Below are positions 43,820-53,716 of a stretch of DNA of 64,000 nt, in pieces. The stretch is from a virus. Its lineage: Duplodnaviria > Caudoviricetes. A program made the translations under genes and the position numbers. Numbering within the stretch: the first letter of the stretch is position 1; every line of letters starts with the position of its first letter. The stretch covers positions 10,083-74,082 of IMG/VR virus record IMGVR_UViG_3300017791_000194. The stretch is one strand, 5' to 3'. The notes under the pieces were generated by a model. The model was not told where the DNA came from. It searched no databases and saw nothing but the letters and a program-made list of their open reading frames with translations.

Positions 43820-45092
43820 TGACGGGAACCTCCTCAGCGGGATTGCTGGCAGACGCCAGCGCCCTGATGTACTCGTCGAACTTCGCTGCGGCGAAGTCCC
43901 AGGAGAAGTTGGCGCGCACGTGAGCAACACCCTTCTCGCCGAGATCGCGACGCAGCCCGGACGAGCTGTAGAGACGCTCGATCGCTTCGGTAAAGCCAGC
44001 GACGTCGGGCATCCAGAGGTCCTCGCCCGACGGGACGGTGACCATCACACCTGACGGCTCAACAAGAGATCCGCCAGGACCGACCACTTCAGGAATCGCA
44101 GAGACGTTCTGGGCGACGACCGGGATGCCGCACGCGGCAGCCTCTGAGAGCGTCATCCCGAAGCCCTCTCCGCGGCTCGTCGATACGAAGATGTCGAAGG
44201 CGTTGTACAGCGCATTCATGTCTTGCTGCGACCAGCCGACGAAGGAGTTGTACAGACCCGGCTGATGGACTCGCTGCTTGATCGCGGCGGCGTCGAGGAA
44301 CCTGGTGAACATCAGCGGGATGTTGACCCCGGAGACATTCTCGGTTGCCGCGCAGTGAGCGTAGAACTCGATGTCGCTGTACTTCCTCATCAGCGGCCCG
44401 ATCGTTCGGATCAGAGCGCCCCAGTCCTTGCGGCCAGAGTTCTTATCGACTCGACCCACAACGAATGACTTGGGATCGAAGCCGAAGGCCCGTTTGGCGT
44501 CCCGCTTGTTCCTGATCACGGAGCCATTCGACATCGTGATCGGCTTCTCGGACACCGGCCAGAACTCGTTGGTGTCGACGCCGTGGTACACGAGCTTTGA
44601 GCCGGGGTAGTGGTCTTGGCCCCAGCGGCTCATGGCCACGACGTTGGTGATCTGAGGGATCTTCTCGATCCACGATGGCGGGAGGTTGGTCCCGTCGCAC
44701 GGGATGTAGCTGATGATCGGGCGGTACCGAAGGAGATAGCGCTCTTTGTCGTAGTTGTTCTCGAACAGCAGTTGCAACAGCACCTGCGGGTCGGTCAGCA
44801 TGAACACGACATCGAGCCCGAGCCCCGGCGTCTCGCCGAGCATCCCGAGTAGCTCCAGCACGCGCGTCTGGCCGTGGATGTCATCGGCCAGGAACTTCGT
44901 CGGGTTGTAGAGCTTGAGATAGGTGGGCTTGTCGGGTTCCAGGATCGAGGGGAAGTAGTCGCCCTGATAGTTCACCGCGAGGACGTGGATGTCGTGGCCG
45001 TAGTCACGCACCAATCGCTCGCCGATGGCATGCATCACGTTCCCGAAGCCGGTATGACACCCGGCGTCGGTCATGGCGAAGATCCTGGCCAA
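43812..45092 (-). CDS. GT4 (GT-B) glycosyltransferase
   Basis: TGFG, HGVD, STSRGEGFG..LSEA.ACG.PVV motifs. Confidence 0.9.
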   Translation of the reverse strand: MARIFAMTDAGCHTGFGNVMHAIGERLVRDYGHDIHVLAVNYQGDYFPSILEPDKPTYLKLYNPTKFLADDIHGQTRVLELLGMLGETPGLGLDVVFMLTDPQVLLQLLFENNYDKERYLLRYRPIISYIPCDGTNLPPSWIEKIPQITNVVAMSRWGQDHYPGSKLVYHGVDTNEFWPVSEKPITMSNGSVIRNKRDAKRAFGFDPKSFVVGRVDKNSGRKDWGALIRTIGPLMRKYSDIEFYAHCAATENVSGVNIPLMFTRFLDAAAIKQRVHQPGLYNSFVGWSQQDMNALYNAFDIFVSTSRGEGFGMTLSEAAACGIPVVAQNVSAIPEVVGPGGSLVEPSGVMVTVPSGEDLWMPDVAGFTEAIERLYSSSGLRRDLGEKGVAHVRANFSWDFAAAKFDEYIRALASASNPAEEVPVSA

Positions 45093-45123
45093 GAACCCCT
45101 CCCACGCCCATACGGGCTGATGG

Positions 45124-45450
45124 CTATTGGCGACGAACCCTGATCAGATTCGGAGTCGCAGTGGTCTGAATGCGCAGATCCGGGAAGGTGACTTCCCACT
45201 GCACGTTGTAATCACCTGGCACGGCGAGGTCGTTCGTGTCCCACTGATACACAACCTCACCGCCGTCGGCGTCGACGATGTCCGCTGCGGCATCCACGGT
45301 GAACGTACGGTCATCGCCCTTGCGCATCTGAAAGCGCACGGTGGCATCGGTCAGGTCGATGGGGGTTGTGGGGTCGCCCTTGACGTGGAGCACAGCGCCG
45401 AGATCTGGCGCCGTGTCGCCCTGGACGAAGACCAGCTCGGGCTCGGCCAT
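45124..45450 (-). CDS. BppU-N-like beta-sandwich virion protein
   Basis: FVQGDT.P.L...PIDLT.ATV.F.M...G.V.Y.W...D...G.Y..W.V. Confidence 0.6.
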   Translation of the reverse strand: MAEPELVFVQGDTAPDLGAVLHVKGDPTTPIDLTDATVRFQMRKGDDRTFTVDAAADIVDADGGEVVYQWDTNDLAVPGDYNVQWEVTFPDLRIQTTATPNLIRVRRQ

Positions 45451-45458
45451 CGTTGCTC

Positions 45459-48400
45459 CTAGACAATCACGGCGTCGACTGTGAACGAACTACCACGAGG
45501 CAGAAAGGTCGTCGCTTCGATCACGGTCGCGCTGAGGGTCGCCGCAGACATCCTCGCCGACAGCGTTGCCGCGGCGAAGGGGCCGCTGACGAGTTGCGCT
45601 TCAACGTGACCGAAATGCGCAACCCGAACGACGGCCGATGCCGTGAATGACCCAGCCTGGGTCCGCCGGATAACTGCCTGGGCAGTGAGGGCGGCGACCA
45701 TGGCCGGTGCCGAGATGATGGCGTCGGCTACGAAGACGCCTGAATTGATCTGGGCGAGATACGCATCGAGCGTCGCTGCACCTGATCGGGGAGACAGGAT
45801 CACCGCACTGGCGGTAATCCCGTCCGTTCGGGTTGCCAGGATGTCTGCGTTGGCAGCAATCGAGGCTGGCGACGTCTTCTCGATGACCGCAGCAGTTGTC
45901 AGAGACCCTGTTGCAGTAACGCGACGGATCGCGTCGATCGCGAATGTAGCAGACCGAGTGCTGAAAAGAACAGCCTGTGCGTTAAAAGACCCGGGAACTG
46001 CACGCAAGAGCACCGCGTCGGCCGTGACAGAGCCAGAAACCGCCTGGCTCACGCGCGCATCAGTTGTAAGCGAACCGGTCGCCGTGATCTTCGTGACAGC
46101 GTCCGCAGTGACTGCGCCGGTGGCCTGACGCAAGATCAGTGCGTCACTAGTGAACGATCCCGTCTGCGTTCGGCGGACGACTGCATCAACTGTTGCCTGG
46201 CCCTGTGCAGTCGCGCGCTGGGTTGCGTCTGCGGTCAGGCTGCCGCTCTGTGTCCGCAGGACGACTGCGTCGCCTGAGAAGGCGAAGGTGCCGACACCCT
46301 GGACAAAGGCGTCGGCGGTGAACGTCTCGGTCTGGGTGCGCCGAATGACGGCGTCTTCGGCGACGCGGCCAGGAACGAAGGCGTCAGCAGTGACGGCGCC
46401 AGTCTGAACTCGGCGGACAACTGCATCGGCGAACAGATGTCCGGCGATGAAGCTATCCGCCGAGAACGCGCCGCTCTGGCTGCGTGAGATTACCGCGTCG
46501 GCGGTGGCAGATCCAGTCTGGGCTCGCAGCAGAGTTGCATCAGCGATGACAGCGCCCGTGCGCTCACGCTGGAGGATCGCGTCGGCGTTGAACGTGCCAG
46601 ACTGGCTGCGGGTGACGACCGCGTCTGCCGTGGCATTCCCAGTGAGCGTGGCCTTGTTGGTCGCGTCCGCCGTGAATGTCGCAGACCTTGTAGCTGCAAG
46701 AACTGCATCCGCACTGAACGAGGCGCTGGATGTGCGGAAAACGACAGCGTCGGCTGTGACCGCGCCTGACTGCGTCCGCCGGGAAACCGCGTCAGCGGTG
46801 ATGGCCCCGGCGGATGTAGTCCGCAGGGCCGCATCCGCCGTGAGTGCGCCCGTCTGCGTGCGCAGGATGACGGCATCGCCCGAGAAGGCAAAGATGCCAA
46901 CCCCGGCCACGAAGGCGTCTGCGGTGAACGATCCCGGCTGCGTTCGCAACAGCGTCGCGTCAGCTCGGAACGAGGCGTGGATGAATGCGTTGGCCGTGAA
47001 GCTCCCGGTCTGTCCCGCCCGGAAAATGACCGCATCTGCGATGAAGCCGATCTCGTGGGTGGTGACGATCGGTTGGCCGACCTCGAACTCGAACCACGTC
47101 ACCCGGAGGCGCGTCTGCGGACCACCGCCCGTGGTCGCCCCGACGAAGCGGATCTTGAGCCGGGTGTAGTCAACGATCGAGTCGGCTTCGGCGCCAGTGA
47201 GCGTGTACGCAGTCGTGATGGCGGTGTCTTGCGTCGGGCTGACCTGGAAGGACGCGACGTCGCCGCCCGCCTGGAAGAGGGTGGCCGTGATGGTGGCTGC
47301 GCGGCTGCCCGTCTTCAGGTGGCGCAGACGCAGGATGTGACCATCCGACCGAAGCGGGTCCTCGACTGGCTGGACGTTGCCCTCGTACGTCGCCGCGGTC
47401 GGATTGTCGTCGGTCCGGATGTAGTCGTTGTCGTCGGCGCTCGGCTCGTCAATCGACTGGAAGATGTCGATCGTGCCGCCGTTCTGGTCGTACCAGATCG
47501 AGTTCAGCGTGTCATTGATGACCTTGCCACGCTGCTTGCCGGTGACCTTGGCGTCAGCCGTGAACGAGCCAGACTGCGTGCGCAGGATGACGGCATTGGC
47601 GGTGAACGAGCTACTGATGGTTGCCCTGAGAGCCGCGTCGGCTGTGAGGACCGCCGAAGTTGGCCGTACCACCACGGCATTGGCTGTGAACGAACCTGTC
47701 TGGATTTGGCGGACAACTGCATCGGCGGACAAATGCCCGGCGATGAAGCTATCGGCGGAGAACGTGCCAGACTGTGTGCGGGTGGTAACCGCGTCGGCGG
47801 TGACCGAGCCCGTCTGCGTGCGCTTGATGACGGCGTTGGCCGAGAACGAACTGCTGATCGTCTTCTTGGTGACCGCATCAGCAACGAGGAACGTCGTGGA
47901 CGGTTGCACCGCCACGGTGGCCGCTGTCGGGAAGTACGGGCCGTCAACCCACGAGAATGCTCCGGGGTCTTCGGATGCAGCCGCGAGCTGCCGCTCGGCG
48001 GAGCCGATGCTCGACTCTCCGAACAGCGGGGCCATGCCGTTGCTGTAGCTCGACGGGTAGCCCGTGATGTTCCCTGACCAGTTGCCCCCGCCGCCCCCTG
48101 TGGTGTACGCCGACGAGAGCGCGATCCAGAGCGTGTTGGCCGTGCCCCACGACGGAGTCAGGCTCGGCGGATCGGCGCTGCCGACCCACCCGGCGACCTC
48201 CATGGAGGAGGCGGCGCGGCACAAGTAGCTGACCCAGGAAGTCGACGTAGCGAGCGCGCCGAAGTCGACGGTTACCGAGCCTGTGGCAATGTCGCCGGAA
48301 TCGAGAACCTTGTAGCGAGCCTCCTCGACATGCTGGCCCGGAGAGGAGAGCCCCAGGAGGGATACCCAGCCGGACGGCCAGGTGTTAGACCCCCCGCCGA

Positions 48401-50159
48401 AACGGTGGGAGTACGCGATGAGGAGCAGGTCACCAACCTGCGCTGACCCAGAGATTGGGACTGTGGTGAAGGTCTGGGTGTTGTTGCCCCCGCTGGAACG
48501 AGCGACGATGTTGACTGTGCCGGGCAGGCCAGTCTGCGTGCGCAGGATGACGGCATCGGCGGTGAACGAACCGGTAGCGGTGAGTCGTCTGGTGGCATCG
48601 GCGGTGAACGTCCCGGTCTGGGTCTTCTTGATAGCCGCGTCGGCGGCGAAGTGGCCCGCGATGAACGCATCACCGGTGAATGAGCCGCTCTGCGTCCTGA
48701 AGACAACGGCATTCGCTGTGAGTGAACTGGAGACCGTTGCCTTGGTTACCGCATCAGCAGTGAACGATGACCCGATCGTCTTCTTGATTACTGCGTTGGC
48801 GGTGAAGCTGCCATTGATTGTTGTTGCTCCCGCGAAGATGTAGGCGTCAGCAGTGAAGCCGGGCGGGGCGACCTGAACACGGAAGATAAGGTCGGCGCTG
48901 ATGACTTCCGACCATGCGCTGCTGAAATACCGAGAGGCAGTTCCGCCGCCATAGCTCGTGTTGGTATTGACCGTGACGTAGTTGTCCGTCGCGTTCAACG
49001 AGCCCGATCGCTTGAACACCAGCCAGTACTTCGTGCCGCTCGCGACCTGCGCAGAGCAGGCGTCGGTGCGCAGCCCCGGCGTGGTGCTCAGTGACGCGCC
49101 AGAGACGGTGGCGAGCGTCCCGATGACCGTTTCGCTTGGCGCATTGGATGCATCGGTTTGTAGTTCAACGACAACGTTATCGGCGGGCGCGCCGTTCTTG
49201 CCGATGTCCCAGGCGATCTCGATCAGTTCGCCAGTAGCTGGGGCGAGGAACGATTGAGCGCGGCGTTCAGGGTTCGTGCTGGTCTCAGCATCGCTGCCGA
49301 AGTTCGAGGTGATTACCCCCGCCAAGACAGTTTGCTCGTACTTCTCGCCCGGCCTGACCGTACGCAAGAGCACAGCATCAGCGGTGAAGCCACCGGTGAT
49401 CGTCTTCTTGATGACAGCATCGGCGGTAAAAGCGGAGGAGATCGTTGCCTTGATGACCGCGTCAGCGGTGAGCGTGTTGCGGACGTTCGAGCGCAGGGCA
49501 AACGTCCACTGAAGGCCATCATCGGTTGAGGCGCCGCCCAGGGTCCACGCACCCGGATTGGAGGTCGTGCCCGCCGCGACATCGAGCAGCCACGCGAAGC
49601 CCGAGCTACCGTCCGTGCCACCCGTCTCGTCGTATCGAGCCGCCGTGTCGCCGGAGTAGGTCGCGGGGACCGTGATCGAGCCGCCGTAGTCGTTGTTCTT
49701 CGCGAAGACGGTGGCAACCACGTCCTTGTCGAGGATGGTCGCCGCCGACAATGCAGGCGGATCTGGGCTCTGGGTGTTGCTGAATGTCGCCGGGTTGGCG
49801 GCGGACGTACGCTCGAACGGGTCGGCGGCCGAGCCGTTGACGTCGCGGAACACGACTGTGTAGAAGCCATCGGTGTTGTTGGTCGAGCTGGTGGCTGTCC
49901 ACGCGAAGGTCGTGTCACCGGCGACAAGCGTGCGGTAGCCGATGAACAGATGGCCGAAGCCCGCGCTGGAGAAGTCAACCTTCTGGGTGACCGTGCCGGG
50001 TTCGGTGAAGGTTCTGCCCGACTCGCGGCTGGCCCAGACGAAGATCGCGAAGTCACCTGGCAACCAATTAGCAGGCAGCGCCCAGCTGCCAGATGTCAGG
50101 TTATTCCCGGAGTTTCCGAAGCTCGCCCCGACAAACGTGACGCCACGCACAGCAGCCAT
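45459..50159 (-). CDS. giant Ala/Thr/Ser-rich virion protein with dozens of 13-aa FTADA repeats
   Basis: Repeat G(S/T)FTADAV(I/L)xRTQ(T/S), interrupted by globular domains. Confidence 0.85.
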   Translation of the reverse strand: MAAVRGVTFVGASFGNSGNNLTSGSWALPANWLPGDFAIFVWASRESGRTFTEPGTVTQKVDFSSAGFGHLFIGYRTLVAGDTTFAWTATSSTNNTDGFYTVVFRDVNGSAADPFERTSAANPATFSNTQSPDPPALSAATILDKDVVATVFAKNNDYGGSITVPATYSGDTAARYDETGGTDGSSGFAWLLDVAAGTTSNPGAWTLGGASTDDGLQWTFALRSNVRNTLTADAVIKATISSAFTADAVIKKTITGGFTADAVLLRTVRPGEKYEQTVLAGVITSNFGSDAETSTNPERRAQSFLAPATGELIEIAWDIGKNGAPADNVVVELQTDASNAPSETVIGTLATVSGASLSTTPGLRTDACSAQVASGTKYWLVFKRSGSLNATDNYVTVNTNTSYGGGTASRYFSSAWSEVISADLIFRVQVAPPGFTADAYIFAGATTINGSFTANAVIKKTIGSSFTADAVTKATVSSSLTANAVVFRTQSGSFTGDAFIAGHFAADAAIKKTQTGTFTADATRRLTATGSFTADAVILRTQTGLPGTVNIVARSSGGNNTQTFTTVPISGSAQVGDLLLIAYSHRFGGGSNTWPSGWVSLLGLSSPGQHVEEARYKVLDSGDIATGSVTVDFGALATSTSWVSYLCRAASSMEVAGWVGSADPPSLTPSWGTANTLWIALSSAYTTGGGGGNWSGNITGYPSSYSNGMAPLFGESSIGSAERQLAAASEDPGAFSWVDGPYFPTAATVAVQPSTTFLVADAVTKKTISSSFSANAVIKRTQTGSVTADAVTTRTQSGTFSADSFIAGHLSADAVVRQIQTGSFTANAVVVRPTSAVLTADAALRATISSSFTANAVILRTQSGSFTADAKVTGKQRGKVINDTLNSIWYDQNGGTIDIFQSIDEPSADDNDYIRTDDNPTAATYEGNVQPVEDPLRSDGHILRLRHLKTGSRAATITATLFQAGGDVASFQVSPTQDTAITTAYTLTGAEADSIVDYTRLKIRFVGATTGGGPQTRLRVTWFEFEVGQPIVTTHEIGFIADAVIFRAGQTGSFTANAFIHASFRADATLLRTQPGSFTADAFVAGVGIFAFSGDAVILRTQTGALTADAALRTTSAGAITADAVSRRTQSGAVTADAVVFRTSSASFSADAVLAATRSATFTADATNKATLTGNATADAVVTRSQSGTFNADAILQRERTGAVIADATLLRAQTGSATADAVISRSQSGAFSADSFIAGHLFADAVVRRVQTGAVTADAFVPGRVAEDAVIRRTQTETFTADAFVQGVGTFAFSGDAVVLRTQSGSLTADATQRATAQGQATVDAVVRRTQTGSFTSDALILRQATGAVTADAVTKITATGSLTTDARVSQAVSGSVTADAVLLRAVPGSFNAQAVLFSTRSATFAIDAIRRVTATGSLTTAAVIEKTSPASIAANADILATRTDGITASAVILSPRSGAATLDAYLAQINSGVFVADAIISAPAMVAALTAQAVIRRTQAGSFTASAVVRVAHFGHVEAQLVSGPFAAATLSARMSAATLSATVIEATTFLPRGSSFTVDAVIV

Positions 50160-50239
50160 CAGCGTTCACCGGGCACGCAAAAGCCGGGCCCCCGAAGGAG
50201 CCCGGCGGTGCGTGTAGTTGTGCTGATGGTGGTCGGCAT
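50159..50239 (-). promoter_or_regulatory. Thr-rich 26-aa leader ORF overlapping a terminator hairpin
   Basis: MPTTISTTTRTAG..., gagagg SD, gccgggctcc-ttcg-ggggcccggc-tttt, TGATG coupling. Confidence 0.45.
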
Positions 50240-50362
50240 GGGATTGCCTCTCGGTCAGCCCATTGGATTGGGCTGGACTAGATCACTTCCACAATGAAAC
50301 GAGAAGGCCCAGGAGGGCGAGCAGCCCCGGCCCGGCGAGGACGATGAGCCTAGTACGACGAG

Positions 50363-50833
50363 TCATGGAGCGGTGTCCGGGGAGGGGTGCGAGGTTGAGC
50401 CAGCCGGGTAGCTAGCGAGGCCTGCGCGCCCCTCCCGAGAGACCGCTCGAAGACGACGCCATTCACGAATCACCTCTGACTGGCCGAAGCGAGCCACCAC
50501 GGCGTCGATCGTCTCGCCACTCGGGACTTGTTCGCCCCGGCAGATGCGCCAGACCGCGCTGTGATCCACGGCTAGCTCACGACCCATCTGATGCGCCGAT
50601 GCGCGCGACATCAGCGAGCGAATCACATCGGTGAACAAGATCTCGGGTCGATCATCGTTCTGCCGCGCGCGGCGCAATGCTGAACGCTGACGTTCGCGTT
50701 CGCGGTACTCGGGGTGGTCCGCCTTCCAGGCCTTGGACCGAGCGCTCCAGAATTCTGGGTCGTCGCTGTGCTGTTTACCGTGACCGCCGCGGGAGCCCAC
50801 ACCGGTCTGGACGCTGCGGGCTGACCGCTTCAA
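50363..50833 (-). CDS. XRE-like HTH protein
   Basis: HQMGRELAVDHSAVWRICRGEQVPS. Confidence 0.6.
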   Translation of the reverse strand: MKRSARSVQTGVGSRGGHGKQHSDDPEFWSARSKAWKADHPEYRERERQRSALRRARQNDDRPEILFTDVIRSLMSRASAHQMGRELAVDHSAVWRICRGEQVPSGETIDAVVARFGQSEVIREWRRLRAVSREGRAGLASYPAGSTSHPSPDTAP

Positions 50834-50836
50834 ATC

Positions 50837-51220
50837 TCACCGTGGCCCTCGTGCTTTGACCTGGAGGATGCCGAGCTGGTCGACGTCATCGCCGCCGACC
50901 ACAACGCCGTCGGGCATCACCCACAGACGCTGTTCGATCCCGTTGACAAGCTTCTTGCCGATGCCGTAGGCGATGATCTCGTTGCTGCCGCCAGATCCAG
51001 CGATGCCGACATGACGAGCCGTGTAGTACGGCTGATCACCAGGGTTGACCCGGACGGTCAGCACGATGGCTGAGTCACTCTTGCGGCGTAGCAGCCACCA
51101 GCCGGGGCGCCGCAGCCAAGATGAGTACGTGGCATGCCACTGATGCTCTTCAACATCAACAAACAGAACAGCTTGATCATCATCAACGATCATCAGATCG
51201 TAGGGCGTTGATTCGTTCAT
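50837..51220 (-). CDS. hypothetical protein; homolog of the array 12 target
   Basis: ATG 51220; the ORF-track extension is array translation. Confidence 0.7.
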   Translation of the reverse strand: MNESTPYDLMIVDDDQAVLFVDVEEHQWHATYSSWLRRPGWWLLRRKSDSAIVLTVRVNPGDQPYYTARHVGIAGSGGSNEIIAYGIGKKLVNGIEQRLWVMPDGVVVGGDDVDQLGILQVKARGPR

Positions 51221-51223
51221 ACT

Positions 51224-51323
51224 GCCCTGCCTTGGCACGGCGAGTCTGGGCATGGCCGGGTCGGGCCTGGCGGGGTTGGGCTGGGCATGGCGTGGGAGGA
51301 GCTGTTCATCCGAGCAGCTCCTC
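51224..51323 (+). ncRNA. GGY-NN array 12 (14 units) plus 3' hairpin
   Basis: Register 51224-51293; gaggagctg/cagctcctc at 51296-51323; CATACT at 51218. Confidence 0.8.
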
Positions 51324-52121
51324 AATCCGCTCTCGCGTCAAGGTCGGCAGGCCCATCGAGTCGTTGATCCTCTGGCGCTCGGCGCTGACTTCGGGATCGC
51401 GGTCACGTACTTCCTGGAGGAAGTGGCGCCTGCGGACTTCGATCTCGGAAACGTGACCAATCTCGATTCGGGTATCGACGAAGATGCGCGCGCCCACGGC
51501 CTTTGCGTCCTGGCAAAACTGAAGGTCCTCCCCAAAGACGCCCGTCCAGCGGAAGAACTCCGTGGGGTTCATCCCGATCCGCACGCCGTATGGCGGCATT
51601 GGGCTCCCGATGATCATCTCGAAGACACGCTTGTGGATGAGCACGAAGGCCATCCCCGTCGCGTCGACCTCGACGATGTCTTCGGTCCAGTCTTCGAGGT
51701 AGTTGTAGGCGCCCGAGGTCGGGTTCTCCCGCATGAACAGCGTGGGCTGGTACGGTGCCGATCGGCGGAAGCACAGGGCGCCCATGATGTCGGCGTCGAC
51801 CTCGTCGCGGGCTGCGACCAGGCGCCCGATGTCTTTGGGATACCAGACCATGTCGTCGTCGATGAACATCAGCCAGTCGCCGATCATCCGCTGCACCGCG
51901 CCGTTGCGCTGGAGCGGCAGGATGTTGCCCTGGATGATGTTCCGGTTGACGTAGCGGCCTGGCGGTATCCAGGTCCAGTCAGTGTGGGTCAGGGCGGTGG
52001 CCGTGGCCGCGTTGACGGTGTCACGAACCGGGATCGAGATCGTCCCGACACAGGCGGGATCGTCGCCTTCAGGGAAGTTTCCCAGGAGACGCAGCTCAGA
52101 GAACTGCACCTGGCTCTTCAT
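51306..52121 (-). CDS. GT2-like glycosyltransferase
   Basis: QRN, FIDDD, VDATGMAFVL, GEDLQFC. Confidence 0.85.
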   Translation of the reverse strand: MKSQVQFSELRLLGNFPEGDDPACVGTISIPVRDTVNAATATALTHTDWTWIPPGRYVNRNIIQGNILPLQRNGAVQRMIGDWLMFIDDDMVWYPKDIGRLVAARDEVDADIMGALCFRRSAPYQPTLFMRENPTSGAYNYLEDWTEDIVEVDATGMAFVLIHKRVFEMIIGSPMPPYGVRIGMNPTEFFRWTGVFGEDLQFCQDAKAVGARIFVDTRIEIGHVSEIEVRRRHFLQEVRDRDPEVSAERQRINDSMGLPTLTRERIEELLG

Positions 52122-52159
52122 CTGTCCTCCAGGAGTGACCTTGAGAGGTTGTCAGCTGG

Positions 52160-52378
52160 CTAGCGCTTGCCGCCGCCAAAGCCAAAGATTGGCCCGCCAG
52201 TGAAGAACCAGATCAACCCGACGAGAACGCCGATGGCCCAGCCCCACTGGACGAAGAAGTTGCCCGCGATCTGAGCGATCGGCGCGGGCAACGACTTGAT
52301 GATCGGCCCGAGCAGGTAGACGAGCAGCGCCCCGACGATGATCGCGATGACGACTGCAACAACGATGGCCTCAATCAT
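52160..52378 (-). CDS. two-TM membrane protein
   Basis: ggag SD; ATGA overlap. Confidence 0.65.
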   Translation of the reverse strand: MIEAIVVAVVIAIIVGALLVYLLGPIIKSLPAPIAQIAGNFFVQWGWAIGVLVGLIWFFTGGPIFGFGGGKR

Positions 52379-52560
52379 GCTGGCTCCTTTGGTGCGCGCG
52401 CCTGGATACGCAGGCATGTCTCACACGACTTCTCATCCGCAGGGAAGACATCGAGCGTTTCCCCGTGGGCGGTTTTGCCACACACCGTGACATAGGTATC
52501 GAACGCCCGGGTGGGCGTCCGGACCGCGTGCCATGAGCGGATCTTGACCCAGCCCCACAT
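52375..52560 (-). CDS. small Zn-binding protein
   Basis: WHA...CG...CETC. Confidence 0.55.
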   Translation of the reverse strand: MWGWVKIRSWHAVRTPTRAFDTYVTVCGKTAHGETLDVFPADEKSCETCLRIQARAPKEPA

Positions 52561-52561
52561 G

Positions 52562-52888
52562 TCAGGCCTGGGCGGTGACGGTCACGGACGCTGTCGCGAC
52601 GCTCGAATCATCCGAGGCGTCGTTGAGCCGGATCGTCCAGCTGCCATCATCGGGGAACACATAGTTGTTGAACTCATGGGTTCCGTCGTCATTGGTGCCG
52701 AAGACGTAGCTTCGACCCATCTCTGTGCCGCCCAGCTCGAAGGTGAGGTAGTAGTTCACCGCCGGGCTGGCCGGGTAGTTGTTGGCGTCGTAACCGGTGT
52801 CGGTGTTATCGGGCGCATCGTCCACGGTGACTCGGCAGGCATCGGTGATTGCCTCCGGGGAGGCGGGGACGCAGGTGATGGTTGCCAT
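52562..52888 (-). CDS. Ig-like virion protein
   Basis: Beta-rich; G.W.I.L...V.VT terminus. Confidence 0.55.
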   Translation of the reverse strand: MATITCVPASPEAITDACRVTVDDAPDNTDTGYDANNYPASPAVNYYLTFELGGTEMGRSYVFGTNDDGTHEFNNYVFPDDGSWTIRLNDASDDSSVATASVTVTAQA

Positions 52889-53716
52889 CTAGATCTCCTC
52901 TGTAACTGTGACCCGAGCTGGGTCGAACGGCAGGATGACCTCCGCTTTGAAGAGCGGGGCATCATCGTCGGCCCGCAGATACGGGCACTTTCGACAGGCA
53001 GTGAACGCGACGTCGTTGATGACCGGAGCCCTCGTCAGCAGGTGCTCCGCGCAGAGGTTGGTGACGGCCGGGCTTGGTTGAGGTGGAGATTTCAACGGAT
53101 GCCAGGCGAACGGTGGCTCCCAGATGAAGACCCGGTCCTGCCCCCGTGCCTGGAGAGCGCGGTAGCCCAGATTCTGGTCCTCCGAGCCATGCCGACCCAT
53201 GAACAGCATGTCGAAGCCATGCAGGGCGATGAGGAAGTTGCGATGAGCCCCGAACATCCCGGCGTAGCTGCTCCAGTGGCCGTGCAGTGCGTTCGGGGGA
53301 TGCTCTCGCTCCGTGCCCTCCTCGGGTGCCATGTGCAGTAGATCTGCCACGCCATGGGTCTCGAAGTCGATGAACCGGTGATGGCCCCAGAAGATCATGT
53401 CGAGGACCAGACGTTGCTCGGCCGCAGCCAGCATGCCAGCCGGAGCTACCTGGTCATCGTCCTGAAACACCAGCCAGTCGGCCTTCGCCGTCCAGATGCC
53501 GACGTTGCGGCGCAGGACGACGTCGTTCTTGCCGTAGCCGTAGAAGTCTGAGTCGAAGTGCAGTACGCGCACCGGGTAGGGCAGGCCCTTGGGCAGCTCG
53601 ACCTCGTTCGATACGACGGTGACGAGGTCTGGCGGCCGGGTCTGATAGGCCAGCGACGCGAGGAGCTTGGTGGGCTCGCGTAGAGCGGGAACGATGACCT
53701 CAAGCGAGGGCGACAT
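52889..53716 (-). CDS. GT2 glycosyltransferase
   Basis: VIVP, RRNVG, FQDDD, GFD..F...GSEDQ.LG.R. Confidence 0.85.
   Translation of the reverse strand: MSPSLEVIVPALREPTKLLASLAYQTRPPDLVTVVSNEVELPKGLPYPVRVLHFDSDFYGYGKNDVVLRRNVGIWTAKADWLVFQDDDQVAPAGMLAAAEQRLVLDMIFWGHHRFIDFETHGVADLLHMAPEEGTEREHPPNALHGHWSSYAGMFGAHRNFLIALHGFDMLFMGRHGSEDQNLGYRALQARGQDRVFIWEPPFAWHPLKSPPQPSPAVTNLCAEHLLTRAPVINDVAFTACRKCPYLRADDDAPLFKAEVILPFDPARVTVTEEI

Noticed and set aside
45459-50159. DGR template/variable repeats
   Set aside because: No reverse transcriptase in the window; the repeats are protein-level with degenerate codons
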